Of a stretch of 64,000 bases of DNA, positions 24,159 through 38,874 are shown in pieces. A model generated the notes under the pieces. That model did no database searches. It was not told the DNA's origin and saw only the letters and a list, made by a program, of their open reading frames with translations. The first letter of the stretch is position 1; the number at the start of each line of letters is the position of its first letter. This DNA is from Dictyostelium discoideum. Its lineage: Eukaryota. Both the position numbers and the translations under genes were made by a program. The stretch covers positions 2,976,001-3,040,000 of the forward strand of contig CM000155.2 of NCBI GenBank assembly GCA_000004695.1, given 5' to 3'.

Positions 24159-24313
24159 TTAAAACAATTATAGCTTTTAGGAATAAAGAAAAACAAACAA
24201 TTGTGTATAAATATTTTTTAGTTTTTTTTTTTTTTATTCAACAAATTCTCAACAATCTCTTAATACGAAGATCATATTTAAATTATACAAAAACAATTAC
24301 ATATATATAAAGA

Positions 24314-25296
24314 ATGTCAGCAGCAGAAGTTATTAAATTAGTCGTTATTGGTGATGGTGCTGTAGGGTATGCCATTCAAAATTATTAAACAAAACAAAAA
24401 AACAAAGCAAATGAATATTTTCTAACCAAACTTTTTTTTTTTTTATTAAAAATAGTAAAACTTGTTTATTGATTAGTTATGCAAACAATCGTTTCCCAGA
24501 AGATTATATTCCAACTGTATTCGATAATTATGTTGTAAATCTTACAGCAGGTGATAGAAACATAGAACTCGGACTTTGGGATACTGCAGGTCAAGAAGAG
24601 TACGATAAATTAAGACCATTAAGTTATGCAAATGCAAATGTATTTTTAATTTGCTTCTCAATTACCAATCCAGTTTCATTTGAAAATGTTTACACAAAAG
24701 TATTTATCATCAACAACAACAACAACAACAATAATAACAATAATAATAATAATAACAACAAATATATAGGATTTGGTTTTCGTAGCAGTTAGATAATTTT
24801 GGTTGGTGTTTTCAGGTAGCAGTTTTTAGTTTAGAAATTAAATCAAAAAAAAAAAAAGAAAATGAAAAGAAAATACCACCAAAAAAAAAACAAAAAACTT
24901 CAACCACGATAAACCAATTTCCTACACTTCTTTTTTGATTAAAAGTTGGGTACTAACTTTTTTTTTTTTTTTATTTTTTTTTTTTTATTATTATTTTATT
25001 ATTAAAATTTTTAGTGGTACCCAGAAGTTATGCATTTTTGCCCAGAAGTTCCACAAATTTTAGTTGGTACTAAATTAGATACACGTGACGATAGAGGTGT
25101 TTTAGATAAACTTCAACAAACTGGTCATAAACCAATTACAACCGAACAAGGTAACGATTTAGCCAGAAGAATTAAAGCCATTAAATATATGGAATGTTCT
25201 GCCAAAACCTCACAAAATCTCAAACAAGTCTTTGATGAAGCCATTAAATCTGTTTTGTTTATCAAAAAAAAGAAATCCAAGTGTATTGTTATGTAA
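24314..25296 (+). CDS. racC: Rho-family small GTPase (Rac), 192 aa, C-terminal CAAX box CIVM (3 exons: 24314..24366, 24456..24699, 25015..25296)
   Basis: The protein reads [18 protein letters not shown]|[25 protein letters not shown]...[18 protein letters not shown]...ENVYTK|[26 protein letters not shown]...[34 protein letters not shown]. It has the G1, G3 and G4 boxes (GDGAVGKT, DTAGQE, TKLD). Introns are bounded by GTATGC..AG and GTATTT..AG. I recall the sequence as Dictyostelium RacC, but the symbol is from memory only. Confidence 0.8.
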
Positions 25297-26116
25297 ACCC
25301 CGCTCTTCTTTTTTTTTTTTATCTATTGTTCTAATGTCATCATCTTCTTTTATCTTCAAAATAAAATAATCACCTTTTTTTTTTCCTTTTTTTAATTGGA
25401 AAAAAAAAGAAAAAAAAAAAGGAAATATAAAAAAAAAAAAAAAAAACAAAAAAAAAAATAAAAAATAAAAAACCCAAAATAATTATTTAATAACTAAAAA
25501 AAAAAAAACAAATAAAAAAAAAACCCTATATAATTATTTAATATCTAAAAAAAAAAAAAATTAAGAAAATCCTAAATAATTATTAGAATACTAAAAATAA
25601 AAAAAAAAAAACTTTATAATTATTTCCTAAATATTTTTTTTCTGTTTTTTTCTGTTTTTTTTTTTTTTTAATACCCAACATCCAAATTTTCGTTTTTTGA
25701 TCTTAAAACAGTCTCAAGCTTTGAGAAAAGGCAAATTAGGAAGCCACCATCAAAAAAACCAAAAAAAAACCAAAAAAAGTGCCTTTTTATTTGGTTTTGT
25801 ATTTTTATTTTTCATTTTATTTTTATTTTTTTTTTATTTTTTTTTTATTTTTATTTTTTTTACAAATTTTATTAATAAAATATTTTTTTTATTTATTTTT
25901 ATTTTATTTTTTTTTTTTGTATTTAATTTAATTTTTTTTTTTTTTTTATTACTATTTTTTTTTTTAAATGAAAAATCATTTTTCTTAGATTTATTATTGG
26001 ACATTTTTTTTTTTTTTTTTTTTTATTTTATTTTTTTTCATTTATAAATATTTATATAAATATATATCATATTATCTTGTACCTTTTTTATTTTATTAAA
26101 AAAAAAAAAAAAAAAA

Positions 26117-29542
<3,426 letters not shown>

Positions 29543-29942
29543 TGTTTAAAAAATAACAATAATAATAATAAAAAATAATAATAATAAAAAATAATAATAA
29601 TAATAGTAATAAAATAAATTAAATAAAATTAATCATATCCATAAATTTATTCTTTATTTAATTTTTTCATTTTTTGGGAATATATAATTTTTTTTTTCTT
29701 TTCAAAACAAATACAATTATTTTTATAATAAATCTTTAATAATAAGGAAAATTAAATTTATATTGGTTGTTAAAATGAAATATTATTCATTATTTTGGTT
29801 AACTTGTTTTCAATAATATTAATAAAAAAATATATATAACCACAATAGCCTATTTTTTATATTTTTCTTCATTATCTAGGTATTTGTTCAAACATTAATA
29901 AATTATTGGCATTAATTACAAATCTTGGTATTTAAAAAATTT

Positions 29943-29985
<43 letters not shown>

Positions 29986-30119
29986 ATTATAATAAATAAT
30001 AAATAAAAAAATGGTATAAAAACAAACTTTTTTTTTTTTTTAAAATCATTATCAAATACATTATAAAAATAAATATAAAAGTTATCTTTTTTCAAAATAA
30101 TTTAAAATTGGAATAAAAA

Positions 30120-30433
30120 ATGAACAAGGTATAATAATAATTTGAAAAAAACAAAAAAAATTAATTATTTATTAATTATTAATTTTTTTAATATAATAAA
30201 AGTTATTAAATTTATTAGGATTCTTAGTCGTATTAGTTTTTTGTGTTTTTACTGGTTCAAATGCTGAAGGTTTGGGTTCTTGTTCAAGTTGGCATGTAGC
30301 AAGATCTGGCTATACCTGTTGGGATATGGCATCTACATGTGGTGTTTCACTTCAACAATTCATGGGCACTAATAGCTTGTCCTCATATGATTGTGACTAC
30401 ATCCAAATTGGTAGAAAATATTGTTGTAATTAA
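30120..30433 (+). CDS. small secreted cysteine-rich peptide precursor, paralogue A (79 aa; exons 30120..30128, 30203..30433)
   Basis: A 9-nt first exon ATGAACAAG is followed by GTATAA. A 74-nt intron ends AAAAG|. Exon 2 is LLNLLGFLVVLVFCVFTGSNA | EGLGSCSSWHVARSGYTCWDMASTCGVSLQQFMGTNSLSSYDCDYIQIGRKYCCN. It has a signal peptide and a 58-aa mature region with 6 Cys. Codon usage is GC-richer than the surroundings. Confidence 0.55.
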
Positions 30434-31120
30434 TTTGGTATTTGAAAAAAATAGAAATATAATATTATCATATTATAACTATTATTATTAAATAAATATT
30501 ATTTTTAAGAATTTTTCTATCTATTAATTTTAAAAATTTTAATTTTATTTTTTTTACCCTTTGTTAAATAATATATAATAAATTATGTTTTATATAATTA
30601 GTTGTGAATTTTTTTATATAATTTGAAAAAAAAACTTTAAAGTTTTAAGTGGTTCCTTTTTTTTTTTTTATTAAAATAAAATAATTATTAAACATCTAGT
30701 TGAAAAATAAATGATAGTATTAAAAAGATAAAATTAGAATAAATTAAATTATTTACAAAAATAGTAAATAAAATCTTTATTTATTAGGAAATACCATTTC
30801 AAACAATAGCTACTATTATATTAGTGGTATTAAAATTTGTGGTAATTTTATTTTCCCAAATAACCAAAAAAAAAAAAAAATAATAACCACACCCATAATT
30901 AAATATATATATTTTTTTCTTAACTATCTGGGGATTTTAATTTTCTTTTTTTTTTTATTTGTATTTCAAAACTACCATTTAAAATATAATAAAAAAAAAA
31001 AAAAAAAGAAAAAAAATAGTATAAATAAAAAATTATAAAAAAAAAAAAAAAAATAAATCATTTTCCAAATTAAAATTCAATTTTAACATTTTTAATAAAT
31101 CAATAAAATTCTTTCCAATA

Positions 31121-31427
31121 ATGTGCAAGGTATAGTACTCTTTTAATATTTGTATATTAATATATATTATTAACTATAATTATTTTCCTGAAACAGTTAT
31201 TAAACTTATTAGGATTAGTAGTTGTTTTCCTTTTATGTGTTTTCACTGGTTCAAATGCTGAAGGTATGGGTTCTTGTTCAAGTTGGCATGTAGCAAGATC
31301 TGGTTATACCTGTTGGGATATGGCATCTACATGTGGTGTTTCACTTCAACAATTCATGGCAACAAATGGCTTAAGTTCAAATGACTGTAATTACATCCAA
31401 ATTGGTAGAAAATATTGTTGTAATTAA
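31121..31427 (+). CDS. small secreted cysteine-rich peptide precursor, paralogue B (79 aa; exons 31121..31129, 31197..31427)
   Basis: It has the same architecture as paralogue A, about 1 kb downstream. The protein is ATGTGCAAG|GTATAG...AAACAG|LLNLLGLVVVFLLCVFTGSNAEGMGSCSSWHVARSGYTCWDMASTCGVSLQQFMATNGLSSNDCNYIQIGRKYCCN. The mature peptides differ at only about 6 positions. Confidence 0.55.
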
Positions 31428-31849
31428 ATCAAAGTTTGAAATATTTATCATAAATCAATCATTAATTTATCATAATACCAATTTAAATTTTTCCATAAAC
31501 TGTTTTAAATAAATATTTTTCAAATTTTTTTATCTAATTCCCAATTTTTTTTATTATAGATTAATCTGTTTATTATTTATTTCTTTTAATGGATAGTTTA
31601 TTTATGAATTAATTTTGAAAGTAGGGATATTACTCAATTTTGATCTCAATTATCAAAAAAGAATTATAATTTTAAAATATAGTGTTATAAATTTTATTTT
31701 TATTTTTTTTTTTTTTTTATAAATTCAGTTTTAAAGGAGAATATGTTTGAAAGTAGTAGTGAATATGAATAAAATAAACTTTTTTAAGTTAATTTTCTCA
31801 ATTTTATTATTTCTCTAAGGAAATTGTTTTAGATCTTTTTAATTGCCCA

Positions 31850-32540
31850 AATCTTTTGAGTTTATTTTAAAATTTTTGGCTTCTTTTTTTATTCTTGAAG
31901 GGCTTTTAAGTATCACTTACTAACTTTGAGTGGTTTGATTGGTTTGGTTCGTATGATTCGGGCACGACCCTAGGTGGGTGGCGTTGATGATTGATACTGA
32001 CTTTTTTATTGTATTCTTGTTTGTTCAAACATTCTTAACAAAGAGCGAGCGAATTGGTTTGTCATCCAGAGTTTCTGAGCGGTTTGTCTCTGGTCAATGG
32101 AAACCTAGCTCTTTTCGTTCGCATTATATCAATCACTTGAAAACCACTTGAATTTCTATTGTTGAGCTGAAAGAAACCAATGTACAAATTTATTTATTTT
32201 TTTTATTTCATCTTCGTTTAAACATTCTACATATTAGTTGTATGTTTTTTTAGATAGTGCATATTGGTTTTGGTCTTTATTGTCGAACCTAATCTTTTCC
32301 ACAGTACCAAAGATGATTTTGTCGAGTTAATGATTTTGGTATTTTTCTAAATATACCTCTACCCGTGAAGAAGTAGCCTAGATATCTTACTGGGGTATCG
32401 GATATGGGGATTTTTAAATTATCAATGTTTGGATTACAAATAATTTTTGGAAGTTTTCGTGTATGTATCTGGGTAGAATGTGTTGAAGTGATTAAGTACA
32501 ATATCGATGAGAGATAGAATCAAAGGCTTTTTCCAAATCG
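31850..32540. mobile_element. non-AT-rich transposon-derived fragment 70 bp downstream of tRNA-Asp (possibly a downstream-targeting TRE3-type element or LTR remnant)
   Basis: The composition changes sharply, for example ggtttgattggtttggttcgtatgattcgggcacgaccctaggtgggtggcgttgatg. There is no convincing ORF; 32289..32501(-) has no recognisable domain. Its position matches the known downstream-of-tRNA integration window. Confidence 0.3.
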
Positions 32541-32571
32541 TAAAATTTTGCTTTTTTAATACCTCTATAGG

Positions 32572-32582
32572 AATCGAACACT
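32572..32582 (-). promoter_or_regulatory. ex-B box downstream of tRNA-Asp
   Basis: The minus strand reads GTGTTCGATTCCTATAGAGG about 30 nt 3' of the tRNA. It has the same GTTCGATTC core as the tRNA-Lys ex-B box. Confidence 0.45.
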
Positions 32583-32609
32583 CGATCTATTTTTTGTTTT
32601 TGGTAAAAG

Positions 32610-32681
32610 CTCCCTGTCCGGGAATTGAACCCGGGCCTTTCGCGTGACAGGCGAAAATCCTCACCACTAGACCAACAAGGA
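32610..32681 (-). tRNA. tRNA-Asp (anticodon GUC)
   Basis: The reverse complement is TCCTTGTTGGTCTAGTGGTGAGGATTTTCGCCTGTCACGCGAAAGGCCCGGGTTCAATTCCCGGACAGGGAG, 72 nt. It has an A box (TGGTCTAGTGG), a B box (GGTTCAATTCC), a CCTGTCACG anticodon loop and acceptor pairing with one G-U. It is very close to the universal eukaryotic tRNA-Asp. Confidence 0.9.
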
Positions 32682-32732
32682 TATTATTTGAAATTTTTGT
32701 TATAATGCCAAAAATTATATGCTCTTACAAAA

Positions 32733-33585
32733 AACAAACAACAACAACAATCTCTTTTTTTGATTATTTCATTTTTCATATAAAAAAGACTTAAAAAACA
32801 AATAAATAAATAAATAAACTATTTTAAAAAGCCATCTTTTTACTTTATTGTAATTTATTATTTGTTTCGTTTTGAGAATTTTGCGTAGCAAAATTTTCAA
32901 AAAAAAAGCAAAAAATAATCAGATCGAAAAAAACAAACAACAACAACAATCTCTTTTTTTGATTATTTCATTTTTCATATAAAAAAGACTTAAAAAACAA
33001 ATAAATAAATAAATAAACTATTTTAAAAAGCCATCTTTTTACTTTATTGTAATTTATTATTTGTTTCGTTTTGAGAATTTTGCGTAGCAAAATTTTCAAA
33101 AAAAAAGCAAAAAATAATCAGATCGAAAAAAACAAACAACAACAACAATCTCTTTTTTTGATTATTTCATTTTTCATATAAAAAAGACTTAAAAAACAAA
33201 TAAATAAATAAATAAACTATTTTAAAAAGCCATCTTTTTACTTTATTGTAATTTATTATTTGTTTCGTTTTGAGAATTTTGCGTAGCAAAATTTTCAAAA
33301 AAAAAGCAAAAAATAATCAGATCGAAAAAAACAAACAACAACAACAATCTCTTTTTTTGATTATTTCATTTTTCATATAAAAAAGACTTAAAAAACAAAT
33401 AAATAAATAAATAAACTATTTTAAAAAGCCATCTTTTTACTTTATTGTAATTTATTATTTGTTTCGTTTTGAGAATTTTGCGTAGCAAAATTTTCAAAAA
33501 AAAAGCAAAAAATAATCAGATCGAAAAAAACAAACAACAACAACAATCTCTTTTTTTGATTATTTCATTTTTCATATAAAAAAGA

Positions 33586-33590
<5 letters not shown>
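32733..33590 (+). repeat. tandem ~199-bp repeats (B-module array of the TRE5-A element), about 4.3 copies
   Basis: The string ...ACAAACAACAACAACAATCTCTTTTTTTGATTATTTCATTTTTCATATAAAAAAGACTTAAAAAACAAATAAATAAATAAATAAACTATTTTAAAAAGCCATC...GCAAAAAATAATCAGATCGAAAAAA recurs at 32733, 32932, 33130, 33329 and 33528. Confidence 0.85.
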
Positions 33591-33636
<46 letters not shown>

Positions 33637-33711
33637 GGAACCAAGTTAATTAGAAAATTTCCAGATTTTTAACTTTTTAAAGAAAAATAAAAAAGATAGA
33701 AAGAAAATAAA

Positions 33712-35046
33712 ATGAAAATCACAAACAACACCACAAATATTAAGCAACACAAATGCCTACAAAAAATAAGCGAAATTGTGGATAAAACTCAATTAAAAAA
33801 AAAACAATTCAAATACGTCATAAACATCAATCACGAACCAGACGATAAAATAAAAAAAGATTTAGAAAAAAGTTTGGACAAAAAAGATGTTTTAATCAAA
33901 AGTAATAATACATTCAAAATTCTCACAGACAGTATTAGTACAGTAATCTATTTTGTAAATATGTTTGATGCAGAATTAAAAGGACAATTTATAACCACTA
34001 TAAGACCAAAAAATATGTATACAGATTTTGATTGGTATAAATCACTCACAGAAATAGAATGGGTAATAGAAAATGAAGGATGTAAACTAATTAAATCAGA
34101 AATTAAAGGCGAAACTCTAATTATCAAAACAGTGAAAAGAGTCGTAGAAGAATTTGACACTATCATTGAACTAGACAATCTAACATTAATTGGACACTCC
34201 AACAAAGGATGGAGAGATCAAACCTCATTACCAGAAAATCAAGAAGAAAACAAAAATAAAAAACAATCAGATGAACAACAACCACAATCTACATCAGAAC
34301 AAATACCAAAACAAGGAAAAAGAACAATCATTATCCCACCAATCACATCCTCATCTAATGATAAAACATTTATGGCCCTAGATGATACAGCTCAAAAGGT
34401 AATAGAAGCATCACTAGAAAACGTAGATGAACTAACAAGAATAGAGAATGAGATCAATACACAATCGATAAACAATCAAGAAATTAAAACAAAATCAGAA
34501 AAACCTATCGAACCACCATCTCCATACAATACACCAATAAAACAACACGGCGAAACAAAGGGACTAACAACGGAAGAAAAACTTAGAGAGGCAAATGATA
34601 TCTTCGACTTCACCAGCCCAAACACTGATGCAATAAGAAAAATAGAATTCCCACTTTCAATCCCTTCAAATCAATGGTTCTTCTCCTCTCCAATAAAACA
34701 TATCATGAGTTTCAGCCCAACCTATGGTACACCATCGAAAATTATCGATTCACCAAGTAAATTGTTAAACACACCAAAAAAGAAACAACAAGACAAAACA
34801 AACAAGACCAACAAAACACCAGTCAAACCAAAATTGGGTGAATATGGACAAAAAAGCATAAAAACAAAAATGGATGAAGATATAGACAACTTCAACAAGG
34901 AAATTCTAAAACAAATCAATAAATCAAAAAACCCCACAAACACACAAGACCAACAACACAATGAACAAAGTAAAGATCAGTTAGAAGACAAAATAAACCA
35001 GAAACTTCAAAAGGTAGATAAAAATCTACCCCAAATAAAACTATAA
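33712..35046 (+). CDS. TRE5-A ORF1 protein (444 aa)
   Basis: A long ORF with A-rich sense-strand codon usage, typical of Dictyostelium TRE elements. It lies immediately 3' of the B-module array. Its 5' end is duplicated at 35400..35640. Confidence 0.65.
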   Translation: MKITNNTTNIKQHKCLQKISEIVDKTQLKKKQFKYVININHEPDDKIKKDLEKSLDKKDVLIKSNNTFKILTDSISTVIYFVNMFDAELKGQFITTIRPKNMYTDFDWYKSLTEIEWVIENEGCKLIKSEIKGETLIIKTVKRVVEEFDTIIELDNLTLIGHSNKGWRDQTSLPENQEENKNKKQSDEQQPQSTSEQIPKQGKRTIIIPPITSSSNDKTFMALDDTAQKVIEASLENVDELTRIENEINTQSINNQEIKTKSEKPIEPPSPYNTPIKQHGETKGLTTEEKLREANDIFDFTSPNTDAIRKIEFPLSIPSNQWFFSSPIKHIMSFSPTYGTPSKIIDSPSKLLNTPKKKQQDKTNKTNKTPVKPKLGEYGQKSIKTKMDEDIDNFNKEILKQINKSKNPTNTQDQQHNEQSKDQLEDKINQKLQKVDKNLPQIKL

Positions 35047-35342
35047 AGAAAAACACAATAAGAATAGGTGTTTGGAACGTCCAAGGATCCAACACCATCC
35101 AATCTGCCAGCATAATAAACACCGTTTTAGACAACAACAAGCTGGACGCAGCACTTCTAACTGAAACAAATATAAAAACAAATAAAATTTACTCAATAAA
35201 TCAACAATATAAAAACAAAATAACACACCACGCACCAATTGATAAAACAGGACAAGGGGTGTCACAAATCATCATCAACACCCGCAATAGAACTTCCTAA
35301 ACATCTCAAAAAATACAATAATTCACTCAGTACTTTCTATAA

Positions 35343-35399
<57 letters not shown>

Positions 35400-35403
<4 letters not shown>

Positions 35404-36230
35404 CAGTTAATCAGAAAAATAAAAAAGATAGAAAGAAAATAAAATGAAAATCACAAACAACACCACAAATATTAAGCAACACAAATGCCTACAAAAAATA
35501 AGCGAAATTGTGGATAAAACTCAATTAAAAAAAAAAACAATTCAAATACGTCATAAACATCAATCACGAACCAGACGATAAAATAAAAAAAGATTTAGAA
35601 AAAAGTTTGGACAAAAAAGATGTTTTAATCAAAAAGACCCTGTAAAAAAAAAAAAAAAATAAAATGAGATCTAGCATCTCAAGGAGAAGCAAATAATAAT
35701 TGCGTTATCCAATTCAAAAAAAAAATTATATGCTCTTATAGATGGGTTGCTCATACAGATGGGATAAAGCAAAATCTCCTCGGACATGTATAACCTGACC
35801 AATAAGTATCGCAACTAAAATCTCCGAAATGAGGGATTACAATACTATCATCGCGCGGGGGTTTTATTTATTATATTAATATATTTGTGGAAATCCATTA
35901 AAATATATTTCATATTAAATGTTTTAATCTATTAATAAATCATTAATGTTCAAAATTGGGCTTATTCTTAAATTTAATGGTCAGCATTAAATTGGGAATT
36001 TACTATAGATAAAAACAATTCTTTTTAAATTAGAGGAACTCTATTCTAAATCAATAAGTTTAAAATAGAGAATTCACCATAATATATAAAAACAGATATA
36101 TTTTGGTGTTTAGACTAGAAATTACGATATCAGTTTATTTTTTAGGTTCTCCATCTTATTATCAAATCGGTAATATTTGGATCAAGTCCTTTAATCCTCC
36201 ACCCTTTTTAAATAAAAAAAATAAAAAGTA
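35400..36230 (+). mobile_element. rearranged TRE5-A debris: duplicated ORF1 5' segment (35400..35640, followed by A-run) and a unique A-module-like 5'UTR segment (about 35700..36230)
   Basis: 35400..35640 is near-identical to 33660..33905. At 35717 the string aaaattatatgctctta, which also begins the element at 32712, recurs. It is followed by about 500 bp of non-AT-rich unique sequence (gatgggttgctcatacagatggg...gcgcgggggtt...). Confidence 0.4.
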
Positions 36231-36699
36231 ATACCATTTTCAATATATAATAAAGAGATTTAAATTCTTTTTTTTTTTTATTTTATAAAAGTAATAATAT
36301 TAAATCCTTTTTTTTTTTTTTATTTTATTTTTTATTTTTTTTTTAAACAATTCTTTAAATTTTAAACTTTAACAATTATAATAAAGAATAAAAAAATAAA
36401 AAAATTTTAATTCCAATAAATTATTATGGATCACCATTTTTATTATTAAAACTTTAATTTTTTTTTTTTTTTTTTTTTTTTTTATTCCTTTTTTCTTAAA
36501 AAGGTTAATTTTTTCTTTTGTAGATTCAATTTTTTTTTTTTTTCCACAAATATTATTACCATTTCTATAAAATTATATACCATAAATTATTAATTTGACA
36601 ACCTCTATATAACTATTGAGTTATATTTTTTATTTATTTTTTTTTTTTTATACAGGATTATTTATTTATTATAAATATATTTTCAGAGTTACTCTAAAA

Positions 36700-37130
36700 T
36701 ATTATTTATTTTAGATATTTATGAATTTTAGAAATTTTCATAAATGGACTTTTTCATCCTCCGATTTATTGTTTTACTTTAAATTGGAGGATTAATCTTC
36801 CAATTTAGTTTTAATTGAATTGGAGGATTACTCCTCTTTTTTAACCTTTGGTTAAATTAGAGGAGCATTCTTTTATTTTAACAAAGTTAAATTAGAGGAA
36901 TACCACTTTTTTTTACCTTAGGTTGGATTAAGAGGATTGTTACAATCCTTTTTTTTTCAAACTATTGGTTAAATTAGAGTGAAACCACTCAAAATATTCC
37001 CTAAGGTTTATTAAATATTCCCAAGGTTTATTTTGGGTTCCCTCAAAGAGGGATTTACCTTCAAATTAGATCCTAATTTTGGTAAAAAAAAAGTCCGATA
37101 ATCCTCCCTTTTATTAATAATTTTAAAAAA
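36700..37130. repeat. unclassified dispersed-repeat island with reiterated TTAAATTAGAGGA-like motifs
   Basis: The motif ttaaattggaggattaatc / aattggaggattactcc / taaattagaggagcattc / taaattagaggaataccac / ggattaagaggattgtt / taaattagagtgaaacc recurs at 25-45-bp spacing. Similar motifs occur at 35985-36060. Confidence 0.3.
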
Positions 37131-37334
37131 AAAAAAAAAAATAATAAATAATACATATTTAAATAAATAATAAAAGAAATATTTCATAAAATTAAATAAA
37201 AATATTTACACATAATAAAAAAAAAAAAAAACCGTTGTTCAAATAAGAACATAAAATTATTACATTTTTCTAATTGTTTTTTTTTTTTTTAAAAAGCTTT
37301 TTTTATTTTATAAAATATCTAAAAATGAGTCAAT

Positions 37335-38141
37335 TTAGAATGATTTTAAGAAACCTTTTTGTTGGGCTAATCTGTTGAGAGCAGCATCGGATTGACCATT
37401 GTTACGGAGGAAACCGCAGAAAGCAAAGATGGTTTGTTCACCATTGTAGATACCTTCAGCATTGACGTGACCAATGTTAATTTGGACGGAAGCGTGATCC
37501 TTGGCGGTGATTAAACGGTTGGTGGCAGAGCTAAATAATTTAAATTATAAAATAAAAAAATTAATAATTTATTCTCTTTTTAAACCAATTTTTTTATTTT
37601 TTATTATTTTTATTTGACATAGTAACGATGTGTAATAGTAAAAGTAGTAGTGATAGTTTAATTATTATCAATATTTTTGTGTTGTATTTTTAGTTGAATT
37701 GTTATGAAAAAAAAAAATAAAAAAAATAAAAGAATTTTGTTTGTTTTTTTTTTTTTTTTTTTTTTTTTCTTCTAAACAAATTCTATAAAAAATTATCTAT
37801 AACCTAATTTTATATTTTTGATCAAATTTAAATAATATTCTCTGTTTCTTGTTTTAAATTTTCTTATTTATCATAATTATTATTATTATTATTTTTTTTT
37901 TATTATTTTTTTTTTTTTCTGTCTCTTTTTTTTTTTTTTTTTATTTTATTTTTTTTTTTACGATTTTTTTTTTATTTTTTTTTTTTAATAATAATAATAA
38001 ACCCTGCTTTTGAATCCAATATAACTACCACCATCACTACCATTCTACTGTACTCTTCATTTACTTGTATTTAAATAAATAAATAAATAAAAATACATAC
38101 CACTTACGTGGGGTGTAGAGTTCAACGTTCTTGGAGTCCAT
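37335..38141 (-). CDS. rps21: 40S ribosomal protein S21 (2 exons: 38141..38101, 37530..37335)
   Basis: The protein is [14 protein letters not shown]|[64 protein letters not shown]. It aligns with human RPS21 ([31 protein letters not shown]...[29 protein letters not shown]). The GTATGT donor splits the Cys codon (TG|C). The intron is about 570 nt. Confidence 0.85.
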
Positions 38142-38536
38142 TTTATATGATATTGTTATAACTATGAAAGCAAAAAGAGAAAAAGAAAAATCAACAAAAA
38201 AAAAAAAAAATTTCTGTGAGGGTCGAGAAATTTTTTTTTTTTTTTGCAAAAAAAAAAAAAAATTATAAAAAAATTAAAAAAAATTGTTTTTTTTTTATAA
38301 AAAAAAATAAAACCGAATTTCGAAAATTGATCAAAAATTTTGTGTGTGACCAATCATTATTTTTTTTTATTTCTTTTTTATTTTTTTATTTTTTTTTCAT
38401 TTTTTTTTTAATTATTTAATTTTCTAAATAAATAAATAATTAATAAATAAAAAATATATGAAAATAAATAAATAAAATAAATCATTGATAGATCATTCAA
38501 AAAAAAATGGGCGATATTTAAAAGTGGTCTCGTACC

Positions 38537-38584
<48 letters not shown>

Positions 38585-38874
38585 AAAATAAAATAAAATA
38601 AAATTTTCTAAAAATAAAAAAAAAAAAAAAAAAAAAATAATAAAACAAAAAATTTAAGATTTAATCATTTACAAAAATTTCTTTTTTTTTTTTTTATTAT
38701 TTTTTTATTGATTATATTTTTTATAAACACTCATAAATTTGGCAATAAAAGCTTCTAAATGAAATATTGGCTTTGAACCAATTTGTGATCTGTGTTCCTG
38801 TTTTTTTATTTTTTTTTATTTTTTTAATAAATAAATAAAAAGTTAATAATTAATTATATAATTTTTTTTTTTTT

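Larger units (their letters stand above)
32712..35400 (+). mobile_element. TRE5-A-type (DRE) tRNA-targeted non-LTR retrotransposon, about 2.7-kb deletion form (A/B-modules, ORF1, truncated ORF2, A-tail)
   Basis: It starts about 30-50 bp upstream of the tRNA-Asp 5' end, head to head. About 4.3 tandem copies of a ~199-bp unit span 32733..33590. ORF1 is 33712..35046 (444 aa). An overlapping ORF2 start, ...GVWNVQGSNTIQSASIINTVLDNNKLDAALLTETNIK, is the N-terminus of an APE-type endonuclease. It stops after about 80 codons, then comes A60 at about 35340-35400. Confidence 0.7.

Noticed and set aside
32733-33590. Regular ~199-bp tandem repeats that could be mistaken for a CRISPR-like or satellite array
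   Set aside because: This is a eukaryotic genome. The units are identical with no unique spacers and they sit inside a retrotransposon 5' region (TRE5 B-modules).
38061-38419. Three short ORFs (38061..38249-, 38162..38353-, 38216..38419+)
   Set aside because: They lie inside or flank the rps21 intron and promoter. They consist of poly-Phe/Lys from A/T homopolymers.
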